A stretch of DNA of 64,000 nt from Akkermansiaceae bacterium (GTDB lineage Bacteria > Verrucomicrobiota > Verrucomicrobiia > Verrucomicrobiales > Akkermansiaceae): NCBI GenBank assembly GCA_051251915.1, contig JBPOGF010000002.1:1-64000 (forward strand). Direction: 5' to 3'. The position numbers and the translations under genes are program-made. Every line of letters starts with the position of its first letter. Positions within the stretch are counted from its first letter, which is position 1. The notes under the pieces were generated by a model. The model did not search any database. It had not been told where the DNA came from and saw only the letters and a list, made by a program, of their open reading frames with translations. This document shows positions 57,702-64,000 of the stretch, one piece after another.

Positions 57702-59204
57702 TTATTGTTTGGCTTTTTTCTTGGTGTTCTTTTTTTTCTTAGTAGCTGGCTTGAATTCTGATTTGGCGCGGCCTTTTTCTTTGTCTGATAATTTGACCCA
57801 GTCTTGGTTTTGATTGGTGAGGATGGGGACTTCTGGAAAGAGGGTGCCGGTGGGGCGTTGTTCTGAGCCACGGGATTTGAATTCACCTAGTTTTTTACGG
57901 ACTTGTTCCGCCATTTCTAACATTTCTTTTACTCTTTCTGGGTGTTGGGCGGCGATGTCATTTTTCTCGGCGATGTCTTCTGTTAGGTTGTAGAGTTGTG
58001 GTGTGGTGATGGCTGTTTGTTTTTTTTGTGCCCACCATGGGATTTGTTCCATGGTGCGGGGGAGGTGGATTTTGTAGTCACCGATGCGGATGGCTTGGAG
58101 GTTCTCGCAGTTGTAGTAGTAGAATGGCTCGTTCTGGTTGCGGGCGATGGGCTTGCCTTGGAATAGCGGGGTGATGCTCATGCCATCATAGACAAGGTCA
58201 GTAGGCATGGGTGCGCCTGCTAGTTCACTGAGGGTGGGGAATAAGTCCATGGCTGTGACAGGTGTGGCTGACTCTGCTGGTTGGATTTTGCCTTTCCAGT
58301 AGAGGATGAATGGGACGCGGTGGCCGCCTTCTAGTGAGACGTATTTGGTGCCGCTGTAGGGTTTGGAGTATTGGGGGGATGTGGGGCCATTGTCTGAGGT
58401 GAAGATGACGAGGGTGTTTTCTAGGATGTTGTTTGTTTCTAGTGCTTTGAGGACTTCGCCGATGCCTGCGTCTAGTTCTTGGATGATGTCGCCACGGACG
58501 CCGTCTTTGGATGAGCCTTTGAATTTGGGGCCTGCTTTGAAGGGTGTGTGTGGGTAGTTGTGGGCGTAGTAGATGAAGAATGGTTTGTCTTTGAAGTCCT
58601 GGATGTGCTTGACCATACGGGCGGTGTAGAGGTCGGTGAGTTTGTCGAGTGGGGTGTTTTTGTAGATGATTTCTTTCTCGTCTAGGAATTCTGGGTTGTG
58701 GCTCATGTTGTCTGGTGCGCCGTAGTAGTGGTCGAACCCTTGGTGGTAGTAGGAGAATTTTTCTTCTTTGCCGAGGTGCCATTTGCCGACCATGGCGGTG
58801 GTGTAGCCTTGTTGTTTAAATTGCTCAGCGATGGTGATTTCTTCTGGGTTGAGGCCGAGGAACCAGTGGGCTTCGCGCTTTTGGTTGATGCCCATGTAGA
58901 GGCCGTTGCGCTGTGGGTAGGCTCCTGTTAGGAATGCGGCGCGTGAGGGGGAGCAGATGGAGGCGCCGGTGTGGAAGTGGGTAAATTTTAGGCCTTCGGT
59001 GGCCATGCGGTCGATGTTTGGGGTGTTTACTTTGGTGGCACCGTATGAGCTGACGTCGCTGTAGCCCATGTCGTCCATGAGGATGAAGATGACGTTTGGT
59101 TTGTCTGTGGAAGTGGGTGCTTCTTGTGCAATCAGTGATGATGAAAGAGAGCAGAGGGAGAGCAGGCTGGTAAGGCAGTAGCGGAAAAGTGTTTTTGTTT
59201 TCAT
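57702..59204 (-). CDS. S1 sulfatase
   Basis: DDMGY, CSPSR, GKWHLG, TSDNG; start moved to 59204. Confidence 0.95.
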   Translation of the reverse strand: MKTKTLFRYCLTSLLSLCSLSSSLIAQEAPTSTDKPNVIFILMDDMGYSDVSSYGATKVNTPNIDRMATEGLKFTHFHTGASICSPSRAAFLTGAYPQRNGLYMGINQKREAHWFLGLNPEEITIAEQFKQQGYTTAMVGKWHLGKEEKFSYYHQGFDHYYGAPDNMSHNPEFLDEKEIIYKNTPLDKLTDLYTARMVKHIQDFKDKPFFIYYAHNYPHTPFKAGPKFKGSSKDGVRGDIIQELDAGIGEVLKALETNNILENTLVIFTSDNGPTSPQYSKPYSGTKYVSLEGGHRVPFILYWKGKIQPAESATPVTAMDLFPTLSELAGAPMPTDLVYDGMSITPLFQGKPIARNQNEPFYYYNCENLQAIRIGDYKIHLPRTMEQIPWWAQKKQTAITTPQLYNLTEDIAEKNDIAAQHPERVKEMLEMAEQVRKKLGEFKSRGSEQRPTGTLFPEVPILTNQNQDWVKLSDKEKGRAKSEFKPATKKKKNTKKKAKQ

Positions 59205-59311
59205 GTGGGATTCTAGAATGAATGAAAATGCAATTGTTGTGATAGTAAAAAGGTTTCGATTTTTTTCAATACGTAGTAGCACACCGATCGATATCTAGAA
59301 TCCACATTGAT

Positions 59312-60706
59312 CTAATCCTTGTTATTTGGGTTTACTAGGCCGTGGGGGCGTTGGTGGGTGCCGGTGGTGTGGATGTCTCCGATTTCTTTGCGGATGTGGG
59401 TGGCTTGTTTGGTTAGTTCGGTGACTATTTCTGGGTGTTGGGAGATGAGGTTGTTTTTTTCGGCGGGGTCGGTGTCTAGGTTGAAGAGCATGGGGGATTT
59501 GAGGGTGGTGTGGATTTTCTTGGGGTTGCCTCCTCCGCCTTTTTTGGCCCAGTAGGGTTGATCTTCGGCGGTTCTGGGGAAGTGGAGTTTCCATTGTTCA
59601 TTTCGGATGGCTTGGAGGTTGAGGCCGTTGTAGTAGTAGAAGTATTTGTGTGGGGATTGGGTGGTTTTGCCGGTGAGGATGTCGATAATGTTTTTGCCGT
59701 CGATGGTGCGGTCATCGGGTAATTTAGCGCCTGCTAGATGGGTGAAGAGGGGGAGGAGGTCCATGCTGGTGATCATGGCGTCTGATTGCTGGCTGGGTGG
59801 GATTTTGGTGGGCCAGGTGAAGATGGCTGGGACGCGCATGCCGCCTTCCATGGTGACGTATTTTCCGCCGCTGAGGGGTTTTGCTGAGCCGAATCTGGCT
59901 GGGCCGTTGTCTGAGAGGAAGATGATGAGGGTGTTGTTGGCGATGCCGGCTTCTTCTACGGCTTTGTGGAGGCGGCCGACGCTGTGGTCGAGTTCTAGGA
60001 TGAAGTCTGAGTAGTTGCCGTTGGGGCCTTTTTTTCCGGAGGTTCCTTTGAATGGTTTGCTGGGGAGGACGGGGGTGTGGGCGATGTGGTGGGCGAAGTA
60101 GATGAAGAAGGGTTGTTGGTGTTTTTGGTGGATGAAGTTGACGACTTCATCGGTGTAGAGTTTGGTGAGTTTGGTCATGGGGATTTTTTCCTCTTTGACT
60201 TGATGGTTGTGGTAGAGGGTGTCTGCGTCTCCGTGTTTGGTGGAGTGGTTGCCGTGTATGCCTAGGTAGTCATGGAATCCGGCATCGAGTGGGTGGGAGC
60301 CTTTGACGTGGAATCCGAGGTGCCATTTGCCGACTATTTTGTTGTAGTAGCCGGCGGATTTGAGGAGTTCTGGGATGGTGATTTCTTGTGGGTGGATGCC
60401 GTAGTTTTTGTATTTTTCTGTGTTGTGGCGAGAGATGGGGTGGCCGGCGCGCATGGGGTAGCGGCCGGTCATGAGGGCGGCGCGAGATGGGCCGCAGACG
60501 CTGGAGGCTACTAGGCAGTCTGTGGAGTGGATGCCGGTTTTAGCGAGGGTGTCGATGTTTGGGGTTTTGACTGGTGCGCCGTAGCAGCCGAGGTCTCCGT
60601 AGCCTACGTCGTCTGCAAAGATGAGGATGATGTTGGGTTTTTCTGATGCGGACAGGGTGGTAAATAGGGTGAGGAAGGTTAGAGTATGGAGAAAGAGTTT
60701 TTTCAT
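59312..60706 (-). CDS. S1 sulfatase
   Basis: ADDVGYGD, CGPSR, GKWHLG, LSDNG. Confidence 0.95.
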   Translation of the reverse strand: MKKLFLHTLTFLTLFTTLSASEKPNIILIFADDVGYGDLGCYGAPVKTPNIDTLAKTGIHSTDCLVASSVCGPSRAALMTGRYPMRAGHPISRHNTEKYKNYGIHPQEITIPELLKSAGYYNKIVGKWHLGFHVKGSHPLDAGFHDYLGIHGNHSTKHGDADTLYHNHQVKEEKIPMTKLTKLYTDEVVNFIHQKHQQPFFIYFAHHIAHTPVLPSKPFKGTSGKKGPNGNYSDFILELDHSVGRLHKAVEEAGIANNTLIIFLSDNGPARFGSAKPLSGGKYVTMEGGMRVPAIFTWPTKIPPSQQSDAMITSMDLLPLFTHLAGAKLPDDRTIDGKNIIDILTGKTTQSPHKYFYYYNGLNLQAIRNEQWKLHFPRTAEDQPYWAKKGGGGNPKKIHTTLKSPMLFNLDTDPAEKNNLISQHPEIVTELTKQATHIRKEIGDIHTTGTHQRPHGLVNPNNKD

Positions 60707-60744
60707 TAGATGGTAGCTTGTGTGGAAGTCATTTATTTATGAAG

Positions 60745-60779
60745 AAAAAAGTCCGGTGTTCTTGTGAGAGCACCGGACT
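60745..60779 (-). terminator. intrinsic terminator
   Basis: AGTCCGGTGTTCT / AGAGCACCGGACT with an A-run. Confidence 0.85.
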
Positions 60780-60826
60780 GAAAGAGTTAGATTTCCAGTG
60801 ATCTGGAAAAACTTAGTGAGAAGCCA

Positions 60827-61654
60827 CTATTTGCGGCGACGTAGGATTAGGGCGAGTCCCCCGAGTCCGAGGAGGGCTGTTGATGATGGTTCTGGGACGA
60901 CGTCAAAAGTGGCTCCGCCGATGGTGGCTCGGTTGAAGTTGTTTCCTGCTGAGGCGTTAGAGTTAGCAGCTTGGATAATAATTTTATCACCAGTTACTAG
61001 TCCTGTAATATCAAAGAAGTAGATATCAGCCACGTTCCCTAAATTGGCGCCACGGTTAAGGCCAGTAGCGACTGCAGTGTCTCCACCAGCGACTACTGCT
61101 AGATCAGTAAAGTCGAGTCTTAGATCGTTATTATTCGATCCACCAAATACTCCAAAACGAAGAGTTTCGCCGGCTGCCATATCACTAGTCATGGTAAATG
61201 AGTAGAGGTCGGTCAATCCAATTGCCGTATTAGCAGCACCGCTGAAGCCAGCATATCCAAGCCTCCAATTTCCGGTGCCTGAGGCTTGAAGAATATTGCC
61301 TGTGCTGCCACCAGCGTTTGAAAATGCACCAGAGGAGTTAGCCATCTCAGCTGCGACGCCACCGGAGGCAAAGATTGGGGCTGACTCTTCTAAACTACTT
61401 AAAGCTGCGTTACCAGTTCCTGTAGTATTAAAAACTGCGTAGCCATCTGTGCCATAGAGGTCATTGCCTTTGATGTCATATGTCTTGGAAACAGAAGCAT
61501 TACTCCAGTTATATGCCTCATTCGTAGCTGAGCTAGATGGGATTGCTGAAGTGCCTGTAGTTGTATCAACAGCGGCGCCAACATAGCTAATAGCTCCATG
61601 TGAGCAGGTTACACTCAGACATAGAGTGCTAATGATTGTTAGTGTGTGTTTCAT
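60827..61654 (-). CDS. PEP-CTERM protein
   Basis: signal peptide; VPEPSSTALLGLGGLALILRRRK. Confidence 0.92.
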   Translation of the reverse strand: MKHTLTIISTLCLSVTCSHGAISYVGAAVDTTTGTSAIPSSSATNEAYNWSNASVSKTYDIKGNDLYGTDGYAVFNTTGTGNAALSSLEESAPIFASGGVAAEMANSSGAFSNAGGSTGNILQASGTGNWRLGYAGFSGAANTAIGLTDLYSFTMTSDMAAGETLRFGVFGGSNNNDLRLDFTDLAVVAGGDTAVATGLNRGANLGNVADIYFFDITGLVTGDKIIIQAANSNASAGNNFNRATIGGATFDVVPEPSSTALLGLGGLALILRRRK

Positions 61655-61777
61655 ATGGTTTATTTGTTTACGGTGAGAAGAGGTTTATTTGAATACGCAT
61701 GTCATATTTGTGTGACAGGTTTATCTCGGCTCTAAAGATTAAATATTAAAAGGTGACTTAGGGCAATGCTATTCATC

Positions 61778-61792
61778 TACCCTTTTTAGGGG
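61778..61792 (-). promoter_or_regulatory. conserved upstream motif TACCCTTTTTAGGGG (copy 1)
   Basis: identical 15-mer at 61778, 62761 and 63922, 123-124 nt from each PEP-CTERM ATG. Confidence 0.7.
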
Positions 61793-61809
61793 GGGGGTGG
61801 GGGGAGATT

Positions 61810-61839
61810 AAAAAGCCTACAGCGGATGCTGTAGGCTTT
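61810..61839 (-). terminator. intrinsic terminator
   Basis: AAAGCCTACAGC / GCTGTAGGCTTT. Confidence 0.85.
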
Positions 61840-61888
61840 GAAAGTTGTGTGTCGGTAGGAAGTAAACTTTAGCTCGTGGAGCTATGGA

Positions 61889-62638
61889 TTACTTACGGCG
61901 ACGTAGGATTAGGGCGAGACCGCCTAGTCCGAGTAGTGCTGTTGATGATGGTTCAGGGACGACTGTTCCGTTGACAATGATGTTGTCAATCACTGAAGCC
62001 GAAGCACCACCCGTGTCGTTTTGGCGATCATCGAAAATGACACGGAAAGTAATGTCAGAAAGCCCTTGGTAAGCGGCAGCACTCAAATCTACAGATTGAG
62101 CGGCGCCTGCGACTGAAGGAAGGCCTTCGGGTGCGGCTTGATCCACTAGTGCTGCATAAGCACTAAATCCATCTACACTAGTCAGGACAGCATAGTCATT
62201 TGTGCCCCTTTCAGCACGGGCGAAGTCAAAGGTCAAAGTGGTAAGATCAAGTGTGAAACCAGCGCCTGCGGTTACCAAGAATTCTATGTAATCACCAGCT
62301 GCATAAGCAGCGTTCATGTCTGTTGTAATGTCACCACCATCAGCATGTACTCCATCACTCATACCGTTTCCTTCCGCAATCTGAAAGTAGTCTTCGGTAT
62401 TAGAAACGTAGGTCAATCCGGTAAGACCAGAACCTACTGAGATATTGCTTGCTGTGACGTTTGCATCGTTATCCGTGGCTGCGAAGAGTGATGATGAAGC
62501 TAAGCTGCCTGATAGTACTGTTACGGTAGCGGTAGGACTATGGTTAAAATCATATTCCGCGATTAAAGCGGCTTGAGATGAGATAGCGCTGGCACAGAGG
62601 GCGGCGGTGATGATTGTTAGTGTGTGTGTGTGTTTCAT
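61889..62638 (-). CDS. PEP-CTERM protein
   Basis: start moved to ATG 62638 (MKHTHTL signal peptide); VPEPSSTALLGLGGLALILRRRK. Confidence 0.92.
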   Translation of the reverse strand: MKHTHTLTIITAALCASAISSQAALIAEYDFNHSPTATVTVLSGSLASSSLFAATDNDANVTASNISVGSGLTGLTYVSNTEDYFQIAEGNGMSDGVHADGGDITTDMNAAYAAGDYIEFLVTAGAGFTLDLTTLTFDFARAERGTNDYAVLTSVDGFSAYAALVDQAAPEGLPSVAGAAQSVDLSAAAYQGLSDITFRVIFDDRQNDTGGASASVIDNIIVNGTVVPEPSSTALLGLGGLALILRRRK

Positions 62639-62776
62639 AGGTTGTATTTGTTTACCTTGAGAAGGGGTTTGTGTAAAAATGACCATTATATTTGTATGAT
62701 AAGTCATCTCGACATTTGTTATCTAATAAAATCAGCTTAGCTGATGCAATACATTTATCATACCCTTTTTAGGGGA
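62582..62776. repeat. direct repeat copy A (signal-peptide codons plus promoter)
   Basis: 195 bp nearly identical (about 4 mismatches by eye) to 63743-63937. Confidence 0.9.
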
Positions 62777-62865
62777 TTAGGCATGAAGGATATGTATTAT
62801 TTAGCTTTGATGCTTCAACTTAAAGTCACAGAGATGCAATCGTCTATGTGTTTATTTTTATCAAC

Positions 62866-62899
62866 AAAAAGTCCGTTGCCTCTATGGGAACAACGGACT
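62866..62899 (-). terminator. intrinsic terminator
   Basis: AGTCCGTTG / CAACGGACT with an A-run; related to the 60745 terminator. Confidence 0.8.
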
Positions 62900-62947
62900 G
62901 GATGATATAGATATCCTGTGATTAGGAAATTGCTTAGATAGCAGATA

Positions 62948-63799
62948 TTACTTACGGCGACGTAGGATTAGGGCGAGACCGCCGAGGCCGAGGAGGGCTG
63001 TTGAGGATGGTTCTGGGACGACGATAGTGTCAAAAGTGATACCACCGATAGTAGCTGCGTTGAAGTTACTACCAACTGTGTTAGAATTGGCAGCAGAAAT
63101 GACGATCGTGTCGCCGGTAACAAGACCGGTGATGTCGAAGAAGTAGAGATCTGGTGCATTACCCGTGTTAGCGCCGCGATTATCTGTAGTGCTGGCAGAT
63201 AAACCACCAGCAGTGATTGTCAAATCTGTGAAACCAAGTCTAGAATCACCATTGTTTGTTCCGCCAATGACTCCGAGGCGAAGCGTCTCTCCGATTGCCT
63301 GATCAGCTGTCAGGGTGTAGGAGAAGAGATCGGTCAGTGGGATGGCCACACCACCTGTTCCACCATTGAAACCGACGTAACCAAGCCGAAGGGTGGCGTT
63401 ATTTGCGTCATTTTGGATAAAACCGGTAGTACCGTTGGCATTTTGGAAATTGCCATCTATATTATTGGTGCCATTTGCAACAGCAGCAGAGGTAAATGAC
63501 GGGACTCTCTCTTGCGAGACAGCAGTATTGGCATTAGCATTTTGAGCAGTGGTATTTGCGAAAAAATAGCCAGCAGTGCCGTAGCGGTTGTCGCCATCAA
63601 TATCAAGCGTCTTTGCGAAACTGGTATCGCTCCATTGGATCACTTCACTCGTAAGGGCAGGGGTGGAGTTGACACTGCCGGATCTGGTTGTAGCTCTTGT
63701 ATCAATTATTGAGTTCACAAAGGAAATGGAGCCTTGCGAAGTGATAGTGCTGGCGCAGAGGGCGGCGGTGATGATTGTTAGTGTGTGTGTGTGTTTCAT
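62948..63799 (-). CDS. PEP-CTERM protein (paralog of 60827-61654)
   Basis: start moved to ATG 63799; shares LTDL.SY/FT.T.D.A.GETLR.GV.GG.NN and FN.ATIGG.TFD with the 60827 gene. Confidence 0.92.
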   Translation of the reverse strand: MKHTHTLTIITAALCASTITSQGSISFVNSIIDTRATTRSGSVNSTPALTSEVIQWSDTSFAKTLDIDGDNRYGTAGYFFANTTAQNANANTAVSQERVPSFTSAAVANGTNNIDGNFQNANGTTGFIQNDANNATLRLGYVGFNGGTGGVAIPLTDLFSYTLTADQAIGETLRLGVIGGTNNGDSRLGFTDLTITAGGLSASTTDNRGANTGNAPDLYFFDITGLVTGDTIVISAANSNTVGSNFNAATIGGITFDTIVVPEPSSTALLGLGGLALILRRRK

Positions 63800-63937
63800 A
63801 GGTTGTATTTGTTTACGTTGAGAAGGGGTTTGTGTAAAAATGACCATTATATTTGTATGATAATTCATCTCGACATTTGTTATCTAATAAAATCAGCTTA
63901 GCTGATGCAATACATTTATCATACCCTTTTTAGGGGA
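63743..63937. repeat. direct repeat copy B
   Basis: matches 62582-62776. Confidence 0.9.
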
Positions 63938-64000
63938 GGTGGTGATGTTTTTGAATAAAGGCTATTTATTATTTAGCTTTGATGCTTCAACTCAAAGTCA

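Noticed and set aside
8855..60514. Numerous overlapping antisense or alternate-frame ORFs (e.g. 8855-9484, 28213-28824, 48757-49317, 56246-56842, 58225-58782)
   Set aside because: Shadows of real genes caused by the strand bias; low-complexity translations without motifs
60827..64000. Diversity-generating retroelement or CRISPR explanation for the repeats
   Set aside because: No intact reverse transcriptase, no adenine-specific TR/VR pair and no regularly spaced short repeats

Overview
Bacterial chromosome segment, very probably a marine Verrucomicrobiota (inferred from PEP-CTERM proteins, PVC-type heme proteins, sulfatases and a Verrucomicrobia-type LexA box). The + strand is strongly G/T-rich. 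Core genes are thrC/thrB, aroK, a polyprenyl synthase, tag, tig-clpP, clpX-proC-ilvE and menB; accessory modules lie between them. Main result: four ORF pairs that the ORF track splits are single genes with an in-frame TGA exactly at the catalytic redox position (VPG-U-AGC, ASW-U-AGC, SHR-U-PFC, MsrA G-U-FWG). Each TGA is followed by a SECIS-like hairpin and each protein has an N-terminal export signal. Three of them cluster at 17.6-20.4 kb beside an exported Cys peroxiredoxin, suggesting an extracytoplasmic selenoprotein redox/methionine-repair system. The first ~8 kb looks like a decayed integron-type cassette array: one degenerate attC, a group IIC intron 3' end in the attC-type target context, a second intron 3' end of another class, IS110 ends and a MITE. 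Also present: an SpeE-lipoprotein-DUF350-SpeD locus, a LexA-boxed radical SAM/DUF4130 operon and a mosaic PEP-CTERM array with a shared upstream motif. No tRNA, rRNA, CRISPR array, integrase or sel machinery gene was seen. Family assignments are from motif recognition only; no searches were run.
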